Part shown: one piece after another, positions 10,395-21,134 of the stretch
Layout of the letters: each line of letters starts with the position of its first letter
How positions within the stretch are numbered: position 1 is the first letter of the stretch
Assembly: GCA_037200925.1 (NCBI GenBank)
Contig: JBBCGO010000001.1
Span: 601,607-665,606, forward strand
DNA length: 64,000 nt
Direction of reading: 5' to 3'
Origin: Candidatus Doudnabacteria bacterium
Lineage (GTDB): Bacteria; Patescibacteriota; Doudnabacteria; UBA920; O2-02-FULL-48-8
Notes under the pieces: model-generated
What the model was told of the DNA's origin: nothing
The model's input: only the letters and a program-made list of their open reading frames with translations
The model's database searches: none
Program-made: the position numbers and the translations under genes

Positions 10395-12064
10395 TTATTC
10401 TTCAGTTACGCGGAAAACTTCCTCGACATCGGTGATGCCCTGCAAAGCTTTCAAGATCCCATCCTGCGCCATGGTGATCATGCCGTCCGCGACAGCCTGA
10501 TTCTTGATCTCCGTGGTGGTCGCGCCGCTGGTGATCAATTTTTCTATCTCATCATTGATCGTAAAAACCTCATAAACCCCCAACCGGCCCTTATACCCCA
10601 AGCCTTTGCATTTTTCACAGCCCGGGCTGTGAAAAAAAACCAGTTTTTTCGGGACTTCAACTTTTGAATTTTCGGAACCGTTTTCAGGATCATCTCCACG
10701 CGGGACTGCAGGTTATCGGCCAATTTATATTCTATTTTACAAAACGGACAGATCTTGCGGATCAAACGCTGGCCGATGATCGCATTAATGGCCGGAGCCA
10801 GAGTATACGGCCTGATCCCCAGGTCCAAAAGCCTCGGGACTGCGGCGGGTGCGTTGTTTGTGTGAAGGGTGGAAAGCACGATATGGCCGGTCAGGGCCGC
10901 CTGGCAGGCGGTTTCCGCGGTCTCCAGATCGCGCATTTCGCCGATCATGACAATATCCGGGTCCTGGCGCAAAATAGCCCGAAGGCCTGAGGCAAAAGTC
11001 ATGCCGGCCCGCACGTCGATCGGAGTTTGTGTAATGCCGGCTATCCTATATTCCACCGGATCTTCCAGAGTGATGATCTTCAATCCCGGTTCGTTAAGTT
11101 TATTTAAGATCGCATAGAGCGTGGTCGTTTTACCGCTGCCGGTCGGGCCTGTGGCCAGGATCATGCCGTTGGGCTTGTCCATTTCATGCCTTAATCTTTC
11201 TAATGCGATGCCTGTGAATCCCAGATCCTCAAACTTCAGGCTGCCCTTATCTTGCCGCAGGATTCGCAAGACGATCGATTCGCCGAAAGCCGAAGGAATT
11301 ATGGAAACGCGAATGTCGATGGGCGCGTCATCATAGGTAAAACTAAAGCTGCCGTCCTGCGGAGTGGCAGTCACATTCAGCTTGAGCTTGGAAAGAATTT
11401 TAATGCGCGAGATGATCTGGTGATGCAGATCCAAATGCAGAGAAGCGGCATCCTGCAACACCCCGTCAATGCGGAAACGCACCTTCACGTCGCCTGCTTC
11501 CGGTTCCACGTGGACGTCGGATGCCTCCAAGTGCAGAGCCGCGCCTAAAATTTGCTCGATGATCTCTGTTGCTGAAACTTCGGAAAATTTAGTAGCCAGT
11601 TCCTTCAAAGAACTGACCTGGTAATCGCTGCTTGCAAGCTTAATTGAGCCGGATTTATGGATCGTTTTTACGACCTTTCTATACTCATCAAGAATGCGCT
11701 TAAAACTCGAAAGCGAGATCAGATAACTCTCGACAAAATAACCCTGTTCTGTAAGCTGCTTGACCAGAGGCTGGATCGGCAGCGGAGAGCCCACAACCCC
11801 GATCTTGAGGTTGCGGCCTTCCATATAAAATACTGCGGCATGCAGATCCGCAGCCTGCTCGCGGCTGATCATATTCAAAGCCTGAGTATCAACCGGAAAT
11901 CCGTAAAGATTGATGTACCCGATATTTTGTTCTGCTGCTAATTTTTCGGTTTCTTGCTCTTCGAATTTGCGGTCAAGTTCAGAATAAACCTGCTTGACAT
12001 GCATCGCCTTATCCGAGGTATAAAGCATAGATTTGGCTTTAATTCTATGCTTAGTATAACACAA
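10395..12064 (-). CDS. Type IV pilus / type II secretion assembly ATPase (PilB/GspE family), frameshifted at a homopolymer near 10630-10650
   Basis: Walker A GPTGSGKTT is present together with LEDPVEY. The C-terminal CxxC...GYKGRLGVYEV sits in a shifted frame. Confidence 0.85.
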
Positions 12065-12085
12065 TTCGCTTATTGATTTATATTC

Positions 12086-13225
12086 CTAAATTGTGCTTTT
12101 GAACTTCGTCACTTCCTTGCCAAGGAGGGCCAAAATCTGTTTTTCAGTATTAACCGCCGAATCCGGGACCGTAAATTTCACGGCCTGCGCAGTTACCTCA
12201 TCGGAGTGAAATTGGCTGAACAAACCGGTCAAATTCAGGGGGATCAAGGTATGGCAAAACACTGTCGTGCTGGTTGCCGATTCTTCCTTCAAGAACAAAA
12301 AGATCTTGGCAAAGGAGAGCTGCGAAACCATTTCCTTAATGATCCCCTTCGCGTCCTCTTCAGAAGCGCCGGCCTTAACCAAGTCCGATTGGTTAACCAC
12401 GGAATAAACAAGCAGATTATCAAAATCTTGTTTGAGCCTGGCCAAAACCCTCCCCCATAACTTCAACAGGCCCAAACTCTTGCTCTTATACAAATGCCCG
12501 ACGATCTCCTGCTGATTGGCGCCCAAAGACACAAGCTGGGAAGCCTTGAGGAATGTCTGGGGAGTTGTCCTAATATGCTGGAAGCTGTTGGTCTCAGTAA
12601 TAATTCCGGTCAGCAGCTGTGTAGCGATGTTCTCATCGAGCAGGCTGCTTTCAAATTTATTGATCAGATCCAAAATAATTTCCGATGCCGAGGTCGCGGT
12701 CAGGTCCACGAAATTCAATTGGCCGTAATTCTCGTTGCTGCCCCTAAAATCAATGTTCAGGATCGGGGTTTGGAAGAACAATTGTGCGTTCTGGCTGTAA
12801 AATTCGCCTAGCTGTTCCAGACTTGAAATGCCGATCAGGGCCACCAGCTCAAATGGAAAAGCGGAAGTGTCAAAAGAAATGTCATCAGTGCTAAATTCTC
12901 CTTTTTTTGGCTTGATATAGATAGAGAGCTGGTCCGAATTTTTCTTATAGCTCAATTCCGACATCTGGGTTCTGTTCGTGGCAACATTTATGACCAAGCT
13001 TTTGGTAAGATCGATCCGGGTTATCACTTCGGAATAATCGGGCAAAAAATCAAACCGGGAAGATACTTCCGTAAAGCTTAACAGAGTGACTTCTTTTTCC
13101 AATTTTTTCAGAAACGCCCGCAAAGCCAAAGAAGCCGATAAACCATCGCCGCTTGAGCCTGCGGCAATGATCAGAATGTTTTTGGCCTGGGAAATTTTGG
13201 CAATAATTTGCTGGGGTAGATCCAT
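12086..13225 (-). CDS. DHH/DHHA1 phosphoesterase-like protein (NrnA-like) with catalytic motifs apparently degenerate
   Basis: The overall NrnA-like architecture is present, but GSSGDG replaces the DHH metal-binding residues. Confidence 0.5.
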   Translation of the reverse strand: MDLPQQIIAKISQAKNILIIAAGSSGDGLSASLALRAFLKKLEKEVTLLSFTEVSSRFDFLPDYSEVITRIDLTKSLVINVATNRTQMSELSYKKNSDQLSIYIKPKKGEFSTDDISFDTSAFPFELVALIGISSLEQLGEFYSQNAQLFFQTPILNIDFRGSNENYGQLNFVDLTATSASEIILDLINKFESSLLDENIATQLLTGIITETNSFQHIRTTPQTFLKASQLVSLGANQQEIVGHLYKSKSLGLLKLWGRVLARLKQDFDNLLVYSVVNQSDLVKAGASEEDAKGIIKEMVSQLSFAKIFLFLKEESATSTTVFCHTLIPLNLTGLFSQFHSDEVTAQAVKFTVPDSAVNTEKQILALLGKEVTKFKSTI

Positions 13226-13335
13226 ATATTTATCAAATCATAATACTATATCAGATTCGGCAAACTTGGTCAACCGCCTATCTGCCCGCTGGCCTTACTC
13301 TCGACCGATTTTTGGCTTAAATGCTAGAATAGCTT

Positions 13336-13756
13336 ATGACTGCGTACAAGAATCTAGATTTGAACCAGGTAAAAAAACTGGCAAGAGAACTGGCACGACA
13401 ATTGCGCGGACGGCCCCGCATTGGTTGGTTTAACCGGTCCACTGGGCAGCGGCAAAACCACGTTCATCAAAGCCTTTGCCAAAAGCCTCGGCGTCAAACA
13501 TGTGACCAGCCCGACGTTTGTGGTCACGCACGAATATCCAGTTGCGCAAGGTATTTTTTATCATATAGACTTTTATCGGCTGAAAAAACAAACCGAACTG
13601 CACCCGCTGGGGCTTTCCGATATGATCAAAAACAAAAATTTGGTATTGATCGAATGGGCGGACCGTTTCCCGCAAATATACAGGCAATGTGATATACTGA
13701 TTAACTTAAAAGTTAAAAAAGACAACAAACGTGATGTCAGCATTAAAATCGGCTAA
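13336..13756 (+). CDS. tsaE: tRNA t6A biosynthesis ATPase TsaE (YjeE), frameshifted at a C-run near 13414
   Basis: The P-loop LVGLTGPLGSGKTTF is present. The N-terminal 27 aa lie in the adjacent frame. Confidence 0.7.
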
Positions 13757-14846
13757 ATTAATTTTCATAAGCCTGCTGCTGTTTTTGCCGGCGGTTTTAG
13801 CGCATGCCAAAACGTTGACGTTTCAAGATAAACACTGGGAAGTGCCGGCGGATCAAGCTCAATTAGTGAACCAGGGTTTTGTCCGCAATGACTTTGATCT
13901 GCCGGATGTGGCCCAAGCCGCACTCTTCGGTAATGCCGTAAAACAATCGACCCGATTACTGGATGAAACTTCCGTCAACGATATTGAGCAGATAGAACAA
14001 GAAGTTGACCAGCAGGCGCATCAGGCGGTGCTTGAAATTACAGATAGTGTAGCTACTAAGTTTGATCCGGGCCAGAACGGGCAGGTCATAGATCTATATG
14101 CTTTGCGCGCCCTTTTGACATCAGATATGATCTTGATCGACCTGCCGGTTGTGGAAACTTCCGGAAAGGGCTCCCTGGCTGACACCAATGATCTGGGGAT
14201 CAAGGAGCTGGTCGCAACGGGTGAGTCAAACTTTGCAGGCTCTCCAAGCAATCGCATCCACAACATTAAAGTGGGTGCCGATAAGTTCAACGGTCTGATA
14301 ATCTCGCCCGGGCAGGAATTTTCCTTCGATAAATATCTTGGAGATGTGGATGACGTCCACGGTTTTTTGCCGGAGCTGGTGATCAAGCCTGAAGGCGTGC
14401 TCCCCGAATTTGGCGGCGGCTTGTGCCAGGTTTCGACTACAACTTTTCGGGCTGCCATGAATGCGGGTCTGCCGGTCACTGCACGCAGAAACCATTCATT
14501 TGCCGTGCAGTACTATGCGCCGCAGGGAACAGATGCCACAATTTATCCCGGCTCAGCTGACCTGAAATTCGTGAACAACCTGCCCAGTTCCCTGCTGATC
14601 CGGACCCGAGTGGAGGGGAAAAAATTATACTTTGATTTTTTTGGCACGAAAGACGACCGGGTAGTGGCTTTTGACGGCCCAACCGTATACGATAAAAAAC
14701 CGGATGGGTCCATGAAAGCCGATTGGACCAGGCATGTCACTCTAAATGGCCAGACCACGAATCAGACTTTCAAAAGCACTTATTTGCCGCCTGCGCTTTT
14801 CACCATGATTCTGTCGTTGCTCCCGCAACGCCAAATCCGCAAGTAG
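13731..14846 (+). CDS. VanW-family protein
   Basis: A signal/TM N-terminus is followed by the VanW-like core GGGLCQVSTTTFRAAMNAGLPV. Confidence 0.7.
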   Translation: MMSALKSAKLIFISLLLFLPAVLAHAKTLTFQDKHWEVPADQAQLVNQGFVRNDFDLPDVAQAALFGNAVKQSTRLLDETSVNDIEQIEQEVDQQAHQAVLEITDSVATKFDPGQNGQVIDLYALRALLTSDMILIDLPVVETSGKGSLADTNDLGIKELVATGESNFAGSPSNRIHNIKVGADKFNGLIISPGQEFSFDKYLGDVDDVHGFLPELVIKPEGVLPEFGGGLCQVSTTTFRAAMNAGLPVTARRNHSFAVQYYAPQGTDATIYPGSADLKFVNNLPSSLLIRTRVEGKKLYFDFFGTKDDRVVAFDGPTVYDKKPDGSMKADWTRHVTLNGQTTNQTFKSTYLPPALFTMILSLLPQRQIRK

Positions 14847-14874
14847 CAGGTCAACAATTAACCCACTAATAACT

Positions 14875-16112
14875 ATGTATCTACCTAGCAAAACAATACT
14901 TGACCGTTATGCCAAAGTGCTGGTCCGCTTCGCGCTCGGTAGCGGCAAGGGGATAAAAAAAGGAGAGGTCGTCAGGGTCAGCGCCAACGAATCGGCAAAG
15001 CCGCTGTTTTTGGCAGTCTGCAACGCGGTCGTGGATGCTGGAGGCCACGTCATCTCTCATTATTCCCCGGATGACGAGCAGGGCGACAAACGACGTAATG
15101 AGAGTTTTACCCGCTATTTTTACGAACAAGCGGAACAACACCAATTGGATTTTTTTCCCGACAAATATCTGAAAGGCCTGGTCAACCAGATGGATCATTC
15201 CATATTTCTTCTGTCTACGATTGATCCTCACGCCTTAAGAGGCGTTGATCCCAAAAAAAATCATGCGCCGGGGAGAGGCGCTGAAGCCTTTCATGGATTG
15301 GCGGCATGAAAAAGAGTGGAAAGGAATTTTCACCTGGACAATTGCCCTTTACGGAACAAAAGCCATGGCTGCTGAAGCCGGTCTTTCGGAAAAAGCTTAT
15401 TGGGACCAGATCATCAAGGCCTGCTTTCTGGATCAATCAGATCCCATCGCAAAATGGAAACAGGTTTACAGGGATTTGGAGAGTTACCGTTCCAAGCTTA
15501 ACAAATTAGCGCCCAAAACCGACCGTTTGCATGCGGTGGGTCCTGACATGGACCTTTGGAATCAAGCTTGGAGAAAAGCGCAACTGGCTCGGGGGCAGCG
15601 GCCGCAACATTCCGAGCTTCGAACTGTTCACTTCCCCTGATTGGCGCGGAACAAACGGCTGGATCCGCTTTAATCAGCCGCTCTACCGCTACAGTAATAA
15701 GATCACGGGGATTCAGCTTTGGTTCAAAAACGGCAGGGTGGTTAAAAGCAGTGCTTCGTCGAACGAAAAATTACTGAAACAAATGATCGCAACAAAGGGC
15801 GCCGACAAAATCGGAGAATACTCGCTGACCGACAAGCGCTTCTCGCGCATCACCAAATTCATGGCAGAAACGCTGTTTGACGAGAACATGGGCGGCCCAA
15901 ATGGCAACACACACTTAGCTCTCGGCATGTCCTATCGCGACACTTTCTCAGGCGATGTATCTAAACTTAATAAAAAACAGGCGGCAGCATTGGGATTCAA
16001 CGACTCATCCGTGCATACGGACATCATTTCCACCACCCCGCGGACCGTGACCGCACATCTGAAAAACGGACAGGAAAAAATCATCTACACACAAGGTAAA
16101 TTCGTGATTTGA
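14875..16112 (+). CDS. Aminopeptidase, peptidase M29 (AmpS/PepS-like), split by indels at an A8 run (15253-15260) and a G5 run (15591-15595)
   Basis: The three ORF pieces align consecutively to M29 aminopeptidase, with a C-terminal [13 protein letters not shown]. Confidence 0.7.
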
Positions 16113-16143
16113 TGCCGGTTTCAGGGTAGCCTATACTACCATT

Positions 16144-17185
16144 ATGGCGATTGAAACCAATGACATTGAAATAGACATCATCAGCCCGGCTCCCGTTTCT
16201 GAAGAAACGCTGTTTGAGGCAACTCTCCGTCCCCAAAAACTGTCGGACTACGTCGGTCAGGAAAAGATCAAAGAAAATTTGAAGATTTTGGTTGATGCAG
16301 CATCCGCCCGCAACGAAACATTGGAGCACATTCTGCTTTACGGACCTCCCGGCCTCGGCAAAACCACGCTCGCCCATATCATCGCCCGCGAGATCGGCTC
16401 CAACATCAAGATCACTTCAGGTCCGGCCATTGAAAAAGCCGGAGACCTCGCTTCTCTGCTGACCAATCTGACCGAGAACGACGTATTGTTCATTGATGAG
16501 ATCCATCGCCTGAATAAAACCGTGGAAGAAATTCTTTACCCGGCGATGGAAGATTATTGCCTGGACATCGTGCTCGGCAAAGGAGCCGGGGCCAAAGCGC
16601 TGCGTCTGGATCTGCCGAAGTTCACGCTGATCGGCGCCACCACCAGGATCGGCCTTTTGACCGCACCCTTCCGCGACCGGTTCGGCATGACTTACCGGCT
16701 GGACTATTATGAAGAGCCGGAGATCGGACAGATCATTGAGCGGGCGGCCAAAATTCTGAATATCAAGATCGATGAGATGGGCAAACAGGAAATTGCCAAG
16801 CGCGCCCGGCGAACTCCCAGGGTGGCTAACCGCCTGCTCAAACGCGTCCCGCGATTTTGCCCAAGTCAAAGCCGGTGGTAAAATTAATCAGTCAGTGGCG
16901 CAGCAGGCGCTGGCCCAGCTGGAGGTTGACGATCTGGGCCTCGACGGCAACGACCGCAGGATCCTCCTGGCGCTGATCGAAAAATTTGCCGGCGGCCCGG
17001 TCGGCATCTCCTCTATTGCCGCCGCCACTTCTGAAGACGCAGGCACGATAGAAGAAATTTATGAGCCGTATCTGCTGCGGCTCGGATTGATCGCGAGAAC
17101 CCCCAAGGGCCGGGTGGCCACGCCTGCCGCATATGACCATCTTAAGAAACCTTTGAAAAAAACAGAGATACAAACACTGTTGTAA
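16144..17185 (+). CDS. ruvB: Holliday junction helicase RuvB, frameshifted by an extra C near 16848
   Basis: The motifs [14 protein letters not shown] and LFIDEIHRL are present. The winged-helix C-terminus LLKRV|[10 protein letters not shown] is in the shifted frame. Confidence 0.9.
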
Positions 17186-17193
17186 AAATTCTT

Positions 17194-17418
17194 ATGACCG
17201 CTTACCAACCAACCTCGCTGGGGCGCCACAATTTTAGCCTTAGTATTTTATCTGCTCATGGCCGGGTTTGCGTTATACAGTCTTTTGGCCGTTTATGCGC
17301 TTATCCGCTTCGGCCAGTCGAAGGTTCTGGCATTCATTGTTTCATTCCTATATTTGCTAATTTCGGCCAGCTTATACGCTGCCGCGGTCATCAATCTCAA
17401 TGCCATTAGATTTTAAAC
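17194..17418 (+). CDS. Small two-TM membrane protein, frameshifted at a G-run near 17220
   Basis: The frame-2 translation GATILALVFYLLMAGFALYSLLAVYALIRFGQSKVLAFIVSFLYLLISASLYAAAVI is hydrophobic and stop-free. Confidence 0.3.
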
Positions 17419-17969
17419 ACAGGATCTTATTTCCGGGCCAGCAGGAAAACGAAGAGATCTGTCTGGTCGTGCGCGAACACTGGATGGTCTTCTTTTTTCG
17501 TCTCTTCGCGTGGCTGTTATTTGCAGCTATTCTGCTGCTGTCGAGTTGGGCGATCAATAGTTTTGCTCCGGTGTTAAATACCATGCCTTATCTCGGATAT
17601 GTCAATTTAATTAAAAGCGTCTATTTCATGTTTCTGATGCTGGGCCTTCTGATGATCTGGATAATTTATTATTTAAATGTGCAGATCATAACCGATGAAC
17701 GCGTAGTGGATATTGTCCAGGAATCTTTGATCAGACGAACAGTTTCCGAGCTTCACTTAAGCAGAGTGGAAGACGTTACCCTCCGATGTATCGGGAATTT
17801 TCGGCACTTTTCTTGATTATGGCAACGTATACATTCAAACTGCTGGCCAAACGGAACGGTTCACTTTCTCGCGCGTGCCCAATCCCGCCCGTATTGAAAA
17901 ATTGATCCTGGATCTGTACGAACAGCTGCCGGATACGGAAAAAATCAACAAAGGACCGTTGAAAAAATA
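17400..17969 (+). CDS. Bacterial PH-domain (DUF304/YdbT-like) membrane protein, frameshifted near 17790
   Basis: Two TM helices are followed by a PH-like region that continues in the next frame (YRGIFGTFLDYGNVYIQTAGQTERFTFSRVPNP). Confidence 0.55.
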
Positions 17970-18016
17970 GACTTATAAAATGCGGAGTTGCTTTATATGA
18001 CATTTTCCGGTGTATC

Positions 18017-18025
18017 TGCTATAAT
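18017..18025 (+). promoter_or_regulatory. Extended -10 element TGcTATAAT
   Basis: The element lies 24 nt upstream of the ATG at 18049 and an AAGGTGA RBS follows. Confidence 0.45.
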
Positions 18026-18048
18026 TTAATTCCAAGGTGATTTGAAAT

Positions 18049-18327
18049 ATGAGCGAGTTCGTAAAAATGGATCTTTTCTTCTTTATAACAAGTTTGGTCA
18101 CGGTCGTTTTGGGTATCCTGCTCGTGATTTTGCTGGTTTATCTGATTCGAATTCTAAGCGACGTAAAACACATATCGAATCAGGCTAAAACAGTAAGCGA
18201 TGACCTTAAACAGGATATCGATGATCTGAGGCAAAATGTGCGCACCGAAGGGATCAGATTCGGGCATGTAATAAATTTTTTAAAAATATCTTTAAAAAAA
18301 GTAAGAAAGGAAAATAATGGCAACTAA
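18049..18327 (+). CDS. DUF948 (YtxG-like) membrane-anchored protein
   Basis: An N-terminal TM is followed by a coiled-coil. It is paired with a YtxH-like gene as in Firmicutes. Confidence 0.45.
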   Translation: MSEFVKMDLFFFITSLVTVVLGILLVILLVYLIRILSDVKHISNQAKTVSDDLKQDIDDLRQNVRTEGIRFGHVINFLKISLKKVRKENNGN

Positions 18328-18688
18328 GAACAAGCATTTGGTTCTCAAGACCGGTCTGGGCCTGGCGGCAGTTGCAACAGCGGCCGCAACTTATTATTTT
18401 TTCGGCAAAGACGGGGCGAAACACCGCAAATCCGCAGCAGCCTGGATGAATAAAGCCAAACGGGAAGTTGTGGCAGAGATCAGAAAATTAAAAGAGATCA
18501 ACGAAAAGAATTACAACCTGGCGGCCCAGAAAGTAATGAAAAAGTACCAGAAATTCCAGAAAGAAAACCCTGAAGCCTATGCCATGCTTGCCAAAGAACT
18601 CAAGGCCAATTGGTCGAAGATCAAGAAACACTTGCCGAAGAAGGTCAATAAATTGATCGCGAGCAAAACTTCAGCCAAACGAAAATAG
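18317..18688 (+). CDS. YtxH-like general stress protein
   Basis: The N-terminus MATKNKHLVLKTGLGLAAVATAAATYYFFGKDG and the K-rich helical tail resemble YtxH. Confidence 0.45.
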   Translation: MATKNKHLVLKTGLGLAAVATAAATYYFFGKDGAKHRKSAAAWMNKAKREVVAEIRKLKEINEKNYNLAAQKVMKKYQKFQKENPEAYAMLAKELKANWSKIKKHLPKKVNKLIASKTSAKRK

Positions 18689-18697
18689 TAGAAAGCT

Positions 18698-18727
18698 TTA
18701 AAAAAAGCCGCTCTGCGGCTTTTTTTA
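18698..18727. terminator. Bidirectional rho-independent terminator (AAAAAAAGCCGCTCTGCGGCTTTTTTT)
   Basis: A GC hairpin is flanked by an A-run and a T-run between convergent genes. Confidence 0.6.
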
Positions 18728-19801
18728 TTTTATTTCATTATTTTCAACTTTCAGCATCAGAGCGCTTTTGGCGATTTGGGGCAAATGGTGTTCCTCGGTC
18801 GATGTGATGAAAATCTGGTGGCCGGAAAGATTTTCCAAAAGCCTGCCCCGGCGGATCTCATCAAGCTCGGAAAATACGTCGTCGAGCAGTATGATCGGTT
18901 TTCTTCCGCTTCCGGACAAATATTCGGCCTGCAGGAGCTTTAGGGCCAACACTTGTGCGCGCAACTCGCCCCGGGAAGAGTTATAAATATTAAGCTGGCT
19001 GTCTTTTTGCAATTCAAAATCATCGCGGTGCGGCCCGATCAGGTTTTTTCCGCTTCTGACTTCCGCTTCACCATGCGCTTTGAGGCTGGCAAGCAATTCC
19101 TCCTCTGTATTAGCAAACATCCTTTTATATTCAAGCCGGGCTTGATTGTTAAATCCGGTCAATTGGCTGATCCGGCCTGATAATTTTTGATTAATAAAAT
19201 CAACCAATTCCTGCCGCTTTTTAGTGATCCTTATGGCCACCGGCGCCAATTCCTGATTCCAGACATCAAGCTCAAAAGGCTTGGCCTGGCCCTGATAAAT
19301 TTGCTCGAACAACGCTGTTTTCTGCTTCAAGATATGATCCAGCGATCCTAAGTCCAGAACATAAGTTTGGTCGACCTGAGATATAGTCTCGTCGAAAAAC
19401 TTCCTTCTGAGCACGGGACCCAGATGGAATAAATTCAAATCATTGGGCACAAACAGCACCACGGGAAAAGTTTTCCAGAAAGTACGCTGGGTCTTCTGTC
19501 CGCCCGATTTAAATTGCCTTTTTAGCGCGGGTTTGGTTTGCACTACCAGTTCCAATTTCTGCTCACCGAAAAGCGCTGATAAGTTAAAATAATTTTCCTG
19601 GTTTCTGACCAGCAGATCATCCTGCACTCGGAATGATTTGAGCCGGGATAAAAAATATATGCTTTCCAAAAAATTGGTCTTGCCCGCCGCATTTTCTCCC
19701 AGAATAAGAATTAAGTCAGCGTCGGTCGGAACGCTGACTTTGGAATAATTTCTAAAATTTTCTAAGGATATATTCTGAAGTCTCATGGCTATAAGCTGCA
19801 A
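18725..19801 (-). CDS. recF: DNA replication and repair protein RecF
   Basis: Walker A GENAAGKTN is present, with the SMC-like signature and Walker B (LLDDVFSELD). Confidence 0.9.
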   Translation of the reverse strand: MQLIAMRLQNISLENFRNYSKVSVPTDADLILILGENAAGKTNFLESIYFLSRLKSFRVQDDLLVRNQENYFNLSALFGEQKLELVVQTKPALKRQFKSGGQKTQRTFWKTFPVVLFVPNDLNLFHLGPVLRRKFFDETISQVDQTYVLDLGSLDHILKQKTALFEQIYQGQAKPFELDVWNQELAPVAIRITKKRQELVDFINQKLSGRISQLTGFNNQARLEYKRMFANTEEELLASLKAHGEAEVRSGKNLIGPHRDDFELQKDSQLNIYNSSRGELRAQVLALKLLQAEYLSGSGRKPIILLDDVFSELDEIRRGRLLENLSGHQIFITSTEEHHLPQIAKSALMLKVENNEIK

Positions 19802-19817
19802 TCTTAGTGCTGATAGC

Positions 19818-20915
19818 TTATAGTTTGATCGGCATCACGATATAAATATAATTATCCCGGCCGGTTGGCGTGATGGCGGCCGGCGAAGCGTCATTGATCA
19901 TCTTGAAGTTCACTGTCGGTTCAGAAATATTATTCAGGCAATCGAGAAGATACCGGAAATTGAACACAGCCCGGTTCTCATCACCTTCAACTTTTGCCTT
20001 GATCAAAGTGATGTTCTCGCCTGAGGCCATGGACGCAGCTGTCACGGTAATGCCCGCGGGACCTGCTTCCAAATTGACATTGTTTGAATCAGGCGCAAAC
20101 AAAGCTGCCGCCTTAAGAGCATGGATGAACTCTTCGCGGGAAACCACAGCCTCGGTCTTAAAGTCCTTGGGAATGATCTGGCGGTAGTCCGGGTATTGGC
20201 CGTCAATCAGCCTTGAGATCAGTTCAGTTTCGTCAAACTTGAATAAAACCTGGCTTTCTGAGAAATAGATCTCAACCTGGCCCTTATCAGTGGTAAGAAT
20301 CTTATAAAACTCGGACACGGCTCTGGCCGGGATGATCACTTCCTTCGTACTGGCGGCAGGCTCCAAAAGCTGGGCTGTGCGTTCCGCCAGCCGGTACCGG
20401 TCAGTGGCAGCCACACGAATTGAATCTTGCTCAAAAGCCATAAAAATACCCGATATTTCAGGCTGGGTTTCGTTGGCTGCGGAAGCCCAAATGGTCTCCG
20501 CAAATGCATTTTTCAGTTCAAGAGAATCGATTTTGCTAAACGGCTCCTCACTCACTTGCGGAATAAGGGGAAAGTCTTCATGTGACAGCCCCTTAATGCT
20601 TGTGTGATAGTTTTCTGATTCCAAAGTCAGGGTTGTATTATCTTTGCTTTCAAGGGTGATCTTTTCGCTCGGAAGATTATTAATGTATTCATTGATCAGT
20701 TTCGCCGGTACTGTCAGCGCTCCTTCTTCTTCGATTTTGCCGCCGACCCAGGTATTCACTCCTATCTCTAAATTAGTTGAAGATAGTTTGATCCTTCCCT
20801 GGTCGGTCTTGATCAGAATATTGTTCAAAACCTGCAAAGGGTTCCCGCTTCCCACTACGCGACTGACTATGAACAAACCTTTTTTCAGATTTTCCTTGGT
20901 GCATATTAACTTCAT
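19818..20915 (-). CDS. dnaN: DNA polymerase III beta sliding clamp
   Basis: A 365-aa three-domain clamp lies between dnaA and recF. Confidence 0.9.
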   Translation of the reverse strand: MKLICTKENLKKGLFIVSRVVGSGNPLQVLNNILIKTDQGRIKLSSTNLEIGVNTWVGGKIEEEGALTVPAKLINEYINNLPSEKITLESKDNTTLTLESENYHTSIKGLSHEDFPLIPQVSEEPFSKIDSLELKNAFAETIWASAANETQPEISGIFMAFEQDSIRVAATDRYRLAERTAQLLEPAASTKEVIIPARAVSEFYKILTTDKGQVEIYFSESQVLFKFDETELISRLIDGQYPDYRQIIPKDFKTEAVVSREEFIHALKAAALFAPDSNNVNLEAGPAGITVTAASMASGENITLIKAKVEGDENRAVFNFRYLLDCLNNISEPTVNFKMINDASPAAITPTGRDNYIYIVMPIKL

Positions 20916-21134
20916 GACTTTATTAGATAATAATGATAATAGATTCTGTGGATTTGTGTGTAAGGTTTGTTTAACGAAGTTTTATTAGGTTTTTTGCTGA
21001 CCGTTAAATTTTTTTCCTGTAGTTAAACTGTTGGCAAGCACCTGATAAGAAAATGTTTTAAAGATTTTCTGAAAAGTTACCGACAGGCACACAACACTTA
21101 ACCAATAGTTAGCCCACAGGATGTAAACAAAAAA

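Noticed and set aside
4061-16112. Split genes (uvrB, polA, pilB, tsaE, the aminopeptidase, ruvB, gyrA) interpreted as pseudogenes or programmed frameshifts
   Set aside because: Every break is a plus or minus 1 indel at a homopolymer, with intact conserved sequence on both sides. A systematic sequencing error is far more parsimonious. No slippery heptamer or stimulatory structure pattern is shared among the breaks.
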